A stretch of 64,000 nt of DNA, from the sequence record OM634661.1; one strand, 5' to 3'. The notes under the pieces were generated by a model. It saw only the letters and a list, made by a program, of their open reading frames with translations. It was not told where the DNA came from and made no database searches. The first letter of the stretch is position 1. Every line of letters starts with the position of its first letter. A program made the translations under genes and the position numbers. Shown here in pieces: positions 9,646 to 19,732 of this stretch.

Positions 9646-10650
9646 TCATTTTCCTTGTTGATCGGCTATGTGAAGAAGACATAATTTATTTATATCGTCT
9701 TTATCTAAGCCGTTTCTTTCTAATTTTTTATATATTTTTTGGAAAGCTGATTCAGGATTTTCACTTTTCCCTACTTGGTGAAGCATCATGTGATACTGAA
9801 TTAATAATAGTGTTTTTTGAATAAACATTTGATCAAAACCAATATTCGTTAGAAATTGAAAAGCAATTTTAGTTGATACATTTTCATGACCAATAAAATT
9901 TGCATATCTTTTCTTTTCACCTTTAAAATTATAAAAAGATTTTGTTTCATACTTACCGATATCATGGAATAAAGCAGCAATCAAAATAGATAAGTCATCT
10001 GTTTGAGATTTTACATAATCCCACACATAAAATGTATGTCTACTAACAGAGAATGAATGGTAAGTACTATCTTGCGCCAAATTAAATATATTGTCAAATG
10101 AGGAACAATAAGACGATAATTCTTTGAATAGATCATCATGTTCAGCATCACTTTTTACAAGTTCAATGAACTTTTCTTTTTTATCAGAGATATCATTTGT
10201 TTCACCATAAACATAGATACGATTCCAACCTTCAGTTTTTAAAGGTATTTGAGTCGCATTGTACATTTCAATTAAACGTTTCTTAGGAACATGTTTTTCT
10301 GGAGACCTTTGAAGATTCTGTTTTAAACATGTTTCTAATGAATGTTGGAAAAAATATATTTCTTTTTCTACATCTAATTTCTTAATAAGTGTTAGAAAAT
10401 GAACACGTTTTTTTCTTGATAAATTTGTTGCATCTATAATAACATCTTCATCATTCATCAAAAGTTCTTTTGCTTTTTGATAAATATACTCAAAGACTTT
10501 TTGATCATGATCAAAGTTGTCATATGAACCAGCCATTATTTTTCTGGTTTCATCTGATGAAAGAACAGTTCCTTCAAGAGTTTTAGACAATGTTGATTTT
10601 CCTGAACCAGGAGGTCCGCAAAGCATACGGAATGTAGCCATATTATTCAC
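9646..10650 (-). CDS. Polynucleotide kinase-like P-loop (AAA_33) fused to an HD domain
   Basis: GPPGSGKS, IIDATNL..KR, ALFHDIGK, GHE..S, YHM. Confidence 0.85.
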   Translation of the reverse strand: MNNMATFRMLCGPPGSGKSTLSKTLEGTVLSSDETRKIMAGSYDNFDHDQKVFEYIYQKAKELLMNDEDVIIDATNLSRKKRVHFLTLIKKLDVEKEIYFFQHSLETCLKQNLQRSPEKHVPKKRLIEMYNATQIPLKTEGWNRIYVYGETNDISDKKEKFIELVKSDAEHDDLFKELSSYCSSFDNIFNLAQDSTYHSFSVSRHTFYVWDYVKSQTDDLSILIAALFHDIGKYETKSFYNFKGEKKRYANFIGHENVSTKIAFQFLTNIGFDQMFIQKTLLLIQYHMMLHQVGKSENPESAFQKIYKKLERNGLDKDDINKLCLLHIADQQGK

Positions 10651-11117
10651 CTCTCTACGAATGTAAACCTCTGAACTTTTTTTCCATCTACTTCTAATTT
10701 TCCAAAAAACATTTCTTTAGGCCTTGCCCAATGATTTGCTTTTTCATCTTTGTAAAGAATAAGGGTTTCTTCTGTTTCGGTATGAACAGCTTCACCAGTA
10801 ATAGTATATATGCTTCCTTTGTAATGCTTAAACTGTGATCCAATAAGAAGATGTGTATTTACGAGATCCATTGTGTCTTTAGTAATATGATAATCAAAAT
10901 AATCAACTTCATGAAGATCATATTCTAAGGAGAATTTTAATAGATCAGTTACAACAACATCTCTTATGTCATACTCTATCGTATTGCATTTAGGACATCT
11001 GAAATGAGGAATATTATTAATCTTAACAGTTTCTTGATTTTTAATATGATGATGTACTGTTCCTAATTTCAAAGGCATTTTTTCATCACAATGATAACAA
11101 ATAACAGCATGACTCAT
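10647..11117 (-). CDS. YgiT-type zinc ribbon fused to a DUF1653-like domain
   Basis: CYHC...CPKC; FKHYKGSIY...HTETEE..ILY...WARPKEMF. Confidence 0.75.
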   Translation of the reverse strand: MSHAVICYHCDEKMPLKLGTVHHHIKNQETVKINNIPHFRCPKCNTIEYDIRDVVVTDLLKFSLEYDLHEVDYFDYHITKDTMDLVNTHLLIGSQFKHYKGSIYTITGEAVHTETEETLILYKDEKANHWARPKEMFFGKLEVDGKKVQRFTFVER

Positions 11118-11446
11118 AACTCTCTCATCCTCCTTAAAGCTTCTTGCCTAGAAATAGGTCTAGGGCCTTGTGTAGTTCGTTTGATACCAGGAATGGGGCC
11201 TAAGTAGCCCGCAATCTCTAATTGCTTCTGTGCTCGTCTAAATACATAATCAATATTTTCATGAGGTTTAATAGTGCCATCAATTTCTAGATGTTTGTTT
11301 GGAATCCAAACATTTTGATTTGTGTCATTGAGGGTATATCTCTTGGCATGTCCTTTTGCATTAGAAGGTTTATGATAAGATCTATTGATTAATTTAATTT
11401 TAATACCTTTATAGTATTGATCAGAAAAATTATATTCTACAGTCAT
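11114..11446 (-). CDS. Hypothetical basic protein, 110 aa
   Basis: Overlaps neighbour with ATGA coupling; RBS GGAGG. Confidence 0.7.
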   Translation of the reverse strand: MTVEYNFSDQYYKGIKIKLINRSYHKPSNAKGHAKRYTLNDTNQNVWIPNKHLEIDGTIKPHENIDYVFRRAQKQLEIAGYLGPIPGIKRTTQGPRPISRQEALRRMREL

Positions 11447-11460
11447 GATAAGTTCTCCAT

Positions 11461-11934
11461 TTAGTCTAAAATCATATCAGGATCATCGTGAATGTTGCCG
11501 ATGATTCGTAATGATTGATCTTGAAATTCATTCAATGTATCTCCGACACCATGTGATACACCTGATACATTTGATGTTGATTTCATCATTCTAACTCCTA
11601 AGAATGTATCTTGATCATATTCAACAAGTAAAATATAAGCATCTTCCTCTGAAATAGGATAGTATTGTCCTTGTAAAATATCACCTTCATAAATTCCTAC
11701 ATGATAGATATCATTATGAGTGGTGTATTGTCCAACAGTTTGAGGGATTACTTCTTCTTTATGAATAGAACCTTCTTCATTTAAAGAAATAATGAAGTGT
11801 TTTTCAATATTTTTTGTTGGTTGCAAATAAGCTCCATAAATCCATTCACCAGTATCAACAGATTTTCCACGGAACTTTATTTTCCTCATTACATTCAGCT
11901 CCTTATCATTAAATAAAAAAAGGTCAGCAAGCAA
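11461..11934 (-). CDS. yopX: YopX family protein
   Basis: IKFRGKS...GEWIYG, TVGQYT, IYEGDIL, IIGNIHDDP; true start probably at MRKIKF. Confidence 0.85.
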   Translation of the reverse strand: MLADLFLFNDKELNVMRKIKFRGKSVDTGEWIYGAYLQPTKNIEKHFIISLNEEGSIHKEEVIPQTVGQYTTHNDIYHVGIYEGDILQGQYYPISEEDAYILLVEYDQDTFLGVRMMKSTSNVSGVSHGVGDTLNEFQDQSLRIIGNIHDDPDMILD

Positions 11935-11980
11935 TTGATAAACAACCGCTCACCGACCTTATAAAGAGAGATAATAAATG

Positions 11981-13213
11981 TCAATTTAAAGATTTTTGTG
12001 ATTCATGAGCGTCCAAGAAAAACTTAATCTCATTTATCTTCTTTAGACCTTCTCCTCTTTTGTTCAAAATTCTAAGATCTTGCTTCAAGTAAGCCTTTGT
12101 TAAAAAAGGTTGGATATGACGAGGAACATTTTGTTTGTTCCAAAGCATAAAGTCTTTTTTATCAAGCTTAGCGCCTTTTGGAAGCCAATAAGAAATGCTT
12201 GATTTAACAATATCGATATAATCAAATACGAAAGATGCAACATTTTCAACTGAAGGTCTATATGCTGGTGGAACTTTAGAAATAAAGTCATCATAGGTGT
12301 TGTTGTAAATGGATCTAATAATCATATTAGGTGACAAAGAATCTTCCACAGCTGAGTGCAGCATAACATAACTATCTGTTTTTATTTTAACAAATTGACC
12401 GTCAATATTTAAAACCCATCCTTCAATTTCTAATCCATTTGATGTAGACATAAGAGTAATCAATTCTTCTAAAGAAGATGAAATTAACTCTACACATTTC
12501 ACACCATATGGTTTTGCAATAAGTGAAAATTGTTGGTGCGTCAAATGATTACCATTATGAATATTTCTTGCTCCAATTAAATGCAGTCCAAAATCTTTTT
12601 CCTCATACTCAACAACATGTTTGTCATCTGGAGAAATGTTTTCAAAAATGAAAGTAAGATCAGGATTCTCCTTTAACATTTGTTTATGACCATCTGTTAA
12701 GTAATTGTATCCATTTTGAAGTCTATATGATTGAACTGGATCTAAGGCTCTACTTCCAGACATGATATACTGACCTTTGTAATACCTTGCAGATTGCATT
12801 GATCCATCTAACTTATTGGTAACTTCAAAGAGTTTTGCATGTTTAATCTTTTCTTTAATAATATTTTCTGATGTTTCTTCTCTTTCATTAATATTGAAGA
12901 ATTTAGAGAAAGGAGTTAGAACAAGCTCTTCATTTAGAAGATCAATAACAACACTTCTGCTTTCTAATAAAAATCCGTTGTTTTCTGTCCAAGCACCTCT
13001 TTGGAACCCAGCGACTCCATATCTTACAAGAAGAAGATGATCTTTCTGTGTAAATTCAAGGTCTTGAAAGACGGTATTCATTTGTTCATCATCTAGTTCT
13101 TGTAATGATTCTTTAAAATTATTAATAGATTTATTGAAAGTAGATGTATAAAGATCTTTAACTTCCATCACTTTATTATATACAGGGTTCCAAGAAAAAA
13201 TATCTCTATTCAT
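11981..13213 (-). CDS. T4 Rnl1-type RNA ligase
   Basis: PFSKFFNINE, motif I KLDGS, FIFE, EGWV, VKIK. Confidence 0.88.
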   Translation of the reverse strand: MNRDIFSWNPVYNKVMEVKDLYTSTFNKSINNFKESLQELDDEQMNTVFQDLEFTQKDHLLLVRYGVAGFQRGAWTENNGFLLESRSVVIDLLNEELVLTPFSKFFNINEREETSENIIKEKIKHAKLFEVTNKLDGSMQSARYYKGQYIMSGSRALDPVQSYRLQNGYNYLTDGHKQMLKENPDLTFIFENISPDDKHVVEYEEKDFGLHLIGARNIHNGNHLTHQQFSLIAKPYGVKCVELISSSLEELITLMSTSNGLEIEGWVLNIDGQFVKIKTDSYVMLHSAVEDSLSPNMIIRSIYNNTYDDFISKVPPAYRPSVENVASFVFDYIDIVKSSISYWLPKGAKLDKKDFMLWNKQNVPRHIQPFLTKAYLKQDLRILNKRGEGLKKINEIKFFLDAHESQKSLN

Positions 13214-13244
13214 AGTTATCTCCGATCATTATTTTTTATGAAAA

Positions 13245-13517
13245 TTAATAAACATCAGGAAGATTTAATTGTTTTTGCAATTCCATTCTTACCATTGTGA
13301 TTTTATGAATATCCCAAACAATCTCTTTTTCATTAACTTCTTTACATGCTTGAGCATATAATTGTTGCATTTTCTTCATTAAGAAAAATATATCCTCATC
13401 AATATCATCTTGTAATTGAAGTTGAAGATTTTTTGGTGCACCTTCTTCTTCAAATTCGTCTTCTTCTTTGTAATAGCCATAACCTTCTTCATAAGTAAGC
13501 TCTTTTTCATTTTCCAT
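13245..13517 (-). CDS. Hypothetical acidic protein, 90 aa
   Basis: ORF with AAGGAG RBS. Confidence 0.65.
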   Translation of the reverse strand: MENEKELTYEEGYGYYKEEDEFEEEGAPKNLQLQLQDDIDEDIFFLMKKMQQLYAQACKEVNEKEIVWDIHKITMVRMELQKQLNLPDVY

Positions 13518-13532
13518 ATATAGGTCTCCTTT

Positions 13533-14324
13533 TTAAGACAGAAAATTGTATTCTGCTTTAAATTTAATTTCATTAAGTGTAATAATATCCAATAATTCTC
13601 TTCTATGATCATAGTATGGAGAAGAATTGTTCTTTATATAAGCTATAAATTCACGAGAATTGTAATTTGTATTATTTAATGTGTATGTTATTTGATTTCG
13701 TTTGATATATGAATAAAGATATTCATCTAAAAATTTTAAATAAATAATAGAACATTGATTCTCATGGAGGATTTGAGCATTATTTAAATAAATTCCTTTA
13801 AAAGTTTGGTTGCTTGAAATTTTAGATTCTCTTATATAAGAACGATTTTTTAGAGTAGCATTACCAAAAATTTTTGAACCAACTTCGATATGTGAATGAA
13901 AAATCTTAGCATTTCCAAACACTTCTGCATCTGAACGAATGTTGGAATAATCTGTAACAATTGCATTATCATAAACTTTTGCCTGCCCAGAAACATAAGA
14001 TAACTTATTTATTTGAGCAGATCCAAATATGTTCGCATCATCACTGATAATAGATTTACCAAAAACTTTTGCATCATCAAAAACTTTGGCATCATGAAAT
14101 ACAGAAGCATTTTCATAGACTCTTGCATTATGATACACCATAGCATCATGAAAAATCCAGCAATCTCCTTCTTGAGATAGATTATTCTCAGATTCAACGA
14201 ATCCACCGAGATCTCCTTTTAGAACATTCATAGTGTCTATGTCTTTCAAAGCTTCGATTCGATGTAGTTTTCGTCCGTTGTAAAACGTGTGCTGATCTTT
14301 CAACTTATACTTCAACTGCTTCAA
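13533..14324 (-). CDS. Left-handed beta-helix phage protein, paralog 3
   Basis: RIEALKD...KGDLGGFVESENNLSQEGDCWIF plus repeats. Confidence 0.85.
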   Translation of the reverse strand: MKQLKYKLKDQHTFYNGRKLHRIEALKDIDTMNVLKGDLGGFVESENNLSQEGDCWIFHDAMVYHNARVYENASVFHDAKVFDDAKVFGKSIISDDANIFGSAQINKLSYVSGQAKVYDNAIVTDYSNIRSDAEVFGNAKIFHSHIEVGSKIFGNATLKNRSYIRESKISSNQTFKGIYLNNAQILHENQCSIIYLKFLDEYLYSYIKRNQITYTLNNTNYNSREFIAYIKNNSSPYYDHRRELLDIITLNEIKFKAEYNFLS

Positions 14325-14335
14325 CCTCCATTCTA

Positions 14336-14890
14336 TTAAGAAAGAATGGTCTTAATAAGATCAAACATTCCATTCCATCCATTTTTAGCGTAAACATTAT
14401 TTAAATTTTTACAATCTTGATTCCAGTGATAATCAATAACAATGGCGGGTTTTCCTGTTTGACTCCATTTTTCAATATTATGTTTTGCATCATCAATTAA
14501 TAAATCTGCATTGATTAAATCTTTTCTGCTTGCAGTGATGAAATTTTCTTTTTTGATAAAAGGCATATATTCTTGAAGCCAATTCCACTTATCTAAAACG
14601 GATTCAGGTAAAGCAGCTGTTAAAATAATGAGATCATATTCATCATTAATCTTTTTCATTTCATCAAGTACATGATCGTCAATAAGTTTTAGTCTAGAAA
14701 ACACACCAGAGTATTTAAAAAAGCCTTCAATATCATATTCAGGATGATAGATTGAATCATTATATCCTTCTAATTGTTCAAAAGTGAGTTTATGTGAAGG
14801 GAATTTTTCGTTGTGATCTTCTAAGGTAGGAGTATATAAGTCAGCGATTGTGTCATCCATATCTATTGCGATAATTTTTTTATTTTTCAT
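14336..14890 (-). CDS. 5'(3')-deoxyribonucleotidase (NT5C, HAD superfamily)
   Basis: IAIDMDDTIAD, ILTAA, KWNWLQEYMPF, LLIDD. Confidence 0.9.
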   Translation of the reverse strand: MKNKKIIAIDMDDTIADLYTPTLEDHNEKFPSHKLTFEQLEGYNDSIYHPEYDIEGFFKYSGVFSRLKLIDDHVLDEMKKINDEYDLIILTAALPESVLDKWNWLQEYMPFIKKENFITASRKDLINADLLIDDAKHNIEKWSQTGKPAIVIDYHWNQDCKNLNNVYAKNGWNGMFDLIKTILS

Positions 14891-14932
14891 ATGTGCCTCC
14901 TATAAAATCATATTATGTATTCATAAAGAAAA

Positions 14933-14965
14933 TAGAAGATGATGAATAAATTTCACCACCTTCTA
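14933..14965 (-). terminator. Intrinsic terminator closing the Ubl cassette
   Basis: AGAAGGTGGTGAA-loop-TTCATCATCTTCT followed by ATTTT on the minus strand. Confidence 0.6.
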
Positions 14966-14975
14966 CTAAGGTATT

Positions 14976-15863
14976 CTATGCTTCTGTTGTTGTCAATTCT
15001 TCTTCATTTTCAGAAACTGGATTCAAAACTTCTTCAGATAAAGTTTCAAACTTATTAAACTTTGTAGAGAAATTATGAAGTTTTGAGTTAAATGTAACAC
15101 AATGAGATGAAATGCCCTCATCTTTTAAAGTAAGAATTGAATTTAAATAGCCAAACATTAATGTTCCAGCTGTAATATTCGTATGAATGTTTTGTGGATT
15201 AGACACTGCACGTTCTGCACAGGACTCTTCTGTTGGCAATTTGTCAGTTCCATCTAAAACTTCTGGGAACATTTCTGCAATACAAGGTGTTCTGAATGAA
15301 ATAGGAGCACCTGACTTTGTATCTTTTGTTAGATAGTTTTTAGAATTATGACCAAGTACAACTTGCCCAGCATATTCTTCATTACCAGCATCAACCCAAA
15401 AACTATTTTCAATACGTTGATAAACATCATGAATGATCTTTCTTGTTTTATTATTATCAACTGCACCAACGAAAACAGGAATTGAATTAGGAACTGATTT
15501 TGCAATGTCATAAAGCATTTTTTCTTCAGTTAAATAAGAGTCAACGATATTAATATCAATACCAAACGCTCTTGCATAGCGCATACCAAGAACTTGCGCC
15601 TTGTTTTTACCAACATCACTTGCAAGAAAGTTTTGTCTAGAGATGTTTTTGGTTTCAACTTCATCTCCATCAATAACAGTTACATAATGAGCAGGATTTG
15701 ATTCAAATAATTTTGAACCAGCTTTTTGATTTTGTAATGAAATTTGACGGAATAAGTTCGGGATAATATAACCGCCATTACCTCCAGAACCAATAATAAT
15801 AAAATGTTTTGACATTTTTGGAAAGGTTGATAATTGATAAGTTGGTGTGAATGAAAGTTCCAA
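14976..15863 (-). CDS. E1/ThiF-family Ubl-activating enzyme (PRTRC ThiF type)
   Basis: GSGGNGG, DGDEVE.KNISRQNF, GAVDNNKTR, WVDAGN, candidate catalytic Cys in ESCAE; TTG start chosen from RBS spacing (ORF track starts at 15872). Confidence 0.92.
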   Translation of the reverse strand: MELSFTPTYQLSTFPKMSKHFIIIGSGGNGGYIIPNLFRQISLQNQKAGSKLFESNPAHYVTVIDGDEVETKNISRQNFLASDVGKNKAQVLGMRYARAFGIDINIVDSYLTEEKMLYDIAKSVPNSIPVFVGAVDNNKTRKIIHDVYQRIENSFWVDAGNEEYAGQVVLGHNSKNYLTKDTKSGAPISFRTPCIAEMFPEVLDGTDKLPTEESCAERAVSNPQNIHTNITAGTLMFGYLNSILTLKDEGISSHCVTFNSKLHNFSTKFNKFETLSEEVLNPVSENEEELTTTEA

Positions 15864-15887
15864 ATTAAACACTCCTTTAATAATAAA

Positions 15888-15907
15888 GGGCAGGTAAATA
15901 CCCGCCC
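15888..15907 (-). terminator. Terminator-like hairpin between the JAB and E1 genes
   Basis: GGGCGGGT-ATTT-ACCTGCCC followed by TTTATT. Confidence 0.6.
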
Positions 15908-15916
15908 ATTTTGATT

Positions 15917-16168
15917 TTATTTACTCTTAACAGCTGGATTGAAAAGTTGATACTGTCCATTTTTAATCATAGTTGCAACAATATTACGAATATGTTCAAT
16001 ATCATTATCAACACTTTCAGAATTCACTGTATATAAATCAATTTCAGAAACGAAAATTGTATCGTCACTTTCATGATCAATAAGACTTACATAATTTTCA
16101 AAGTTACTGGCATATTCATCTTCATAATATCCAGTGCTATACTCTTCTTCTTCGTTTACCAGACCTGT
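15917..16168 (-). other. Start-less 83-codon acidic open frame; the -1 frame continuation of the JAB gene
   Basis: Reads TGLVNEEEEYSTGYYEDEY...PAVKSK*; no ATG or RBS at its 5' end; joins JAB if the A10 run at 16168-16177 is read as A11. Confidence 0.65.
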
Positions 16169-17226
16169 TTTTTTTTTGAATCTTGATAAGGATATTGAGA
16201 ATCATGGTAAGAATATCCTTGCATGTAATCATAGCCTTCTTCAAAATCATACGTGTTTGCATATCCAGTCAATGCTTCACCAGCTGAATAAGAATTAGCT
16301 CCACCATAGTTGTAAGTTGTTCTTTTACCTTTCCATGCAGGAGTAACACTAACTGAATGACAATTATACCAAGCAGCTGGATACTCAACATCAGGCCAAG
16401 GACCATTGTAAGGATGGTGTTCTACTTCTCTTTCTTCAGTGATAACTGGATCTTGGCCTTCAAGATTCAATACAGATGTCATAACCGTTTCTGTTTCATA
16501 CATTGGTTGATCAAAAAGATGATGATAAGGAATGTTGATCTTTTTATCACCAGAAACAAAACGGAATAAGAAATCAGGTTGATCTTTTAAAATATTACCA
16601 TAAACGCCATAAAACTGTGTCATATTTTCATTTGAATCATCTGTACTAGACCAGAAAGCATTCATTGTGTGATGAGAATGCGTTTCACATAATGGCGTAC
16701 AATTTTGTCTAAGCCAATGAACCATACCGTCATCTTTAAAGTCTGATAGTCCACCAGAGTTTTTCTGAATCGGACAGTAAATAACAAGCTGACCATCTTC
16801 TACAAGACCTTCAATTGGCTTCGCAGGAATTTTTCCTTGAGCTTGGAAAAACTGAGGAAGCTGAACATTATCATGATTCCAAAAGAATAATACAGAAGCC
16901 TCTGTTTTGTCTCTATTGTAAACATCTTTATAAAAAGATAGCACTTGAAGCCAATATTTAAAAGGAATTTTAGGTACTAATAGTTGGACTCCCTCCTCTA
17001 AAGGAGATAGACCTGGAATAGAAACGTTTTTGCCGAATTCTTGAATTTGTGTAATGAAAATAGAAATTGGTGTTTTTTCAATACGGAAGACACCATTTGA
17101 TGCTGTTACGAAATTAAGCTTTTTGGAAAGGTCTAGATTTTCAAGACCTTCTCCTTTGTATTGTAAATAACCTGTTAATTGAGCTGCTAATTGTTGTTCT
17201 AAACTTAAAGCTAGTGGATTTGTCAT
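16156..17226 (-). CDS. JAB/JAMM metallopeptidase (Prok-JAB, PRTRC type), Ubl-processing
   Basis: Upstream Glu (KTEASVLFFW) and HSHHTMNAFWSSTDD (HxH-x-SxxD). Confidence 0.88.
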   Translation of the reverse strand: MTNPLALSLEQQLAAQLTGYLQYKGEGLENLDLSKKLNFVTASNGVFRIEKTPISIFITQIQEFGKNVSIPGLSPLEEGVQLLVPKIPFKYWLQVLSFYKDVYNRDKTEASVLFFWNHDNVQLPQFFQAQGKIPAKPIEGLVEDGQLVIYCPIQKNSGGLSDFKDDGMVHWLRQNCTPLCETHSHHTMNAFWSSTDDSNENMTQFYGVYGNILKDQPDFLFRFVSGDKKINIPYHHLFDQPMYETETVMTSVLNLEGQDPVITEEREVEHHPYNGPWPDVEYPAAWYNCHSVSVTPAWKGKRTTYNYGGANSYSAGEALTGYANTYDFEEGYDYMQGYSYHDSQYPYQDSKKKQVW

Positions 17227-17256
17227 TTTATATTCCTCCTATTATGTGCTATATAA

Positions 17257-18024
17257 TTACATTCTATTTGACATAAAGTGATCAATTGCTTCTTGAACAT
17301 TCATATTTTCTGAAATCAAAATATCATTTGGAAATGAATATTGAGTTCCTTCTTCTTTTGCTTCTTTTAGTTTATCATCAATATATTGAAATAGATGATT
17401 TGTTCTAAATACACTAACATTTACATTGTCTTTTTCATAATTAAAGTCAACAAACTTTTGACTATCTAGATCATGATTAAAGGGATTAGACAAAAATTGA
17501 TCTGGAACAGTCATAATACCTCTAGAAAAGTTCACATTTGGATAACTAGATTGTGAACCCCAACAAAGCCAAGGGTCACTATTTGTATTCGAAAATGGAT
17601 ATCTGTAAACTGTCTCATTACCAGAAAGAATCTGGCCTTTTAGAGCATATACGCCGCCTTGATGATAAGTTCTTGCTTCTGATCCTTCTTGTTTTCTAAA
17701 ACTTAAAAGCCAAAGAGCATCAGGTACAACAATTTCATATTCAGCAAAGTTTTCATGACTATCATGAACATCATAAGAAACTTTTTTAATATGTTGCGGC
17801 ACTGTAATTGCATAAAATTCTAATGAATTCTTTGACGCATATTTAATACAACCCCATTGACTTGGAAGTAAAGGTGTTTGACTAACAGCATTATCCGAAA
17901 TGACTCGTTGAATATTTTCAACTGTTGTCTTTTTAATAGATTTCATACCAGAAGGTGTCACCTTTTCAATTGTAACACCTTCCTTTTCAATATGAATGCT
18001 TAGTTTAGGATTAGTAACAGACAT
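17257..18024 (-). CDS. Prokaryotic E2 family D protein (PRTRC protein B-like)
   Basis: TPLLP..GCI.Y, YRYPFSNTNSDPWLCWG (candidate catalytic Cys), F.S.PFNHDL; start placed at MSVTNP after AAAGGAGG. Confidence 0.82.
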   Translation of the reverse strand: MSVTNPKLSIHIEKEGVTIEKVTPSGMKSIKKTTVENIQRVISDNAVSQTPLLPSQWGCIKYASKNSLEFYAITVPQHIKKVSYDVHDSHENFAEYEIVVPDALWLLSFRKQEGSEARTYHQGGVYALKGQILSGNETVYRYPFSNTNSDPWLCWGSQSSYPNVNFSRGIMTVPDQFLSNPFNHDLDSQKFVDFNYEKDNVNVSVFRTNHLFQYIDDKLKEAKEEGTQYSFPNDILISENMNVQEAIDHFMSNRM

Positions 18025-18037
18025 CGTATGTCCTCCT

Positions 18038-19717
18038 TTAAATAATTGAGTATATTCTATTTTGTTCATGGAAATGAGTTACGGTATAAAATCTAACTGG
18101 AACTTCATGAACACCTGTTTGCATACCAAGAATAACTTTTAAATACTTGATAGGATCTCCACATTCAGATGAAATCTTCATGAAATATTGACGATTTTTG
18201 TCTAACGGATCTTTTACAAAAGCATGTAAGTTATTGTTAACGAAATAAATCCCATCCTTGATATGTGAATAATCAGCATTTGTGTTACTGAAAAATTCAA
18301 GCGTATCATCTAAACCAGAAAGATATTCTAAACGAGATTTAAAAAATCTATATGACTCTTTCTCATATTCATCTGTTTCTTCACTTTCAACAGAAGGAGT
18401 TTCAACATGTTCCTCTTTCTTTTGTTCGTCAATTTGTTTTTTGATTAAATCATACAAAGAATTCTCGAAATTTAATACAGGTTTTGAAGTATCATCACTT
18501 GTTGATTCAGTTTCAGTTGAATCATCTTGATCTTCATTTGAAGAACGAAGAGCTTCCTGATATACTTCATTAAATTGATCTAATGACTCTTGATAATTAT
18601 CAGGTAAAAGAGATTTAAATGGTGCTGTTTCAATTTTAATTGCCCATATTGAACCAATGATAACTTTTGCATACTCAATACCATTTTCAACAATAAATTC
18701 TTCAACAGAAGTAATTGAAGCAATTACAGGAACACCTTGTGATTTTTCATATTCAAAACCTTCTGGTAGCTCATCATTATAACCAACAGGAAGCATCATG
18801 AATTTTCTAGAACCATCAGGATCATTCTTAGATAAAATATTAATGTTTAAGCCTGGGACAATAAGATTAGATGAATCTACTTCTTTGTAAATTGGACCAT
18901 GAAAATTCTCTGTAATATAAGAACGAACAGAAAGAGCTTCATTTGAAAGGTCCTTCTTAATATAAGATGAGATAATTTTATTATTTTCATCAATTGCTTG
19001 TTGATTCATTTGCTGAATCTTTTTATTAATATGATCTTCATATTGTCCAACAATATTAGTATAAACTTCTTCATACTGAGACAAAATAAAAGCTTTATCT
19101 AGTGTTAAAGTAAGATTTCTAACAATATTAGTTGTAAGCCTTCTATCGTATGAATTTATTAAATGACTTTTAAATGGGATATGAATATAAAACAACAAAG
19201 AATCTTGATGTTCCTTGGTTTTCAAAGAAAAAAATTGAGCTGATGCAGCATCTTCTATCATTCTTTTAAGTGAACAATAAGTTGAATACATGTTTGCATG
19301 ATGTTCTTCTAAGTATCTAATGAGTTCCTTATTATTTTGATCAGATTCTTCATGTCTAATTAATTCTATAGCTTTTAAAGCTGAAATTATTTTCTCATCT
19401 ACAATACGCAAAGAAAGAGAATTTTTATTTTCATTAATTCTAGAGCCAGGGAATATCATTTTTAATAGATGTTTAAATGAATTTTTAATCTGATTATCAT
19501 GATCTTCATTTGAATTTGGAAATTGTTCAAAAAAAGAAGGTAAATCTTCTAAAAAAGAATCTGTATTAAGTTCATATTCATCTAAAAGGCTGATAGAATA
19601 CATGTCAGAAGATTGAGTATGTGAAAGAGCGGTTGTTAAGTCTTTCATTTCACGCAAAAAATTTAAGTAAGCTGCAATATGATTGGATTTTTTACGAAAA
19701 AGTTCTAAGTCATTCAT
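18038..19717 (-). CDS. Unknown 559-aa protein inside the Ubl cassette
   Basis: Long ORF with AAAGGAGG RBS; acidic linker near residues 385-455; no family recognised. Confidence 0.85.
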   Translation of the reverse strand: MNDLELFRKKSNHIAAYLNFLREMKDLTTALSHTQSSDMYSISLLDEYELNTDSFLEDLPSFFEQFPNSNEDHDNQIKNSFKHLLKMIFPGSRINENKNSLSLRIVDEKIISALKAIELIRHEESDQNNKELIRYLEEHHANMYSTYCSLKRMIEDAASAQFFSLKTKEHQDSLLFYIHIPFKSHLINSYDRRLTTNIVRNLTLTLDKAFILSQYEEVYTNIVGQYEDHINKKIQQMNQQAIDENNKIISSYIKKDLSNEALSVRSYITENFHGPIYKEVDSSNLIVPGLNINILSKNDPDGSRKFMMLPVGYNDELPEGFEYEKSQGVPVIASITSVEEFIVENGIEYAKVIIGSIWAIKIETAPFKSLLPDNYQESLDQFNEVYQEALRSSNEDQDDSTETESTSDDTSKPVLNFENSLYDLIKKQIDEQKKEEHVETPSVESEETDEYEKESYRFFKSRLEYLSGLDDTLEFFSNTNADYSHIKDGIYFVNNNLHAFVKDPLDKNRQYFMKISSECGDPIKYLKVILGMQTGVHEVPVRFYTVTHFHEQNRIYSII

Positions 19718-19732
19718 TTTATGATCCTCCTT

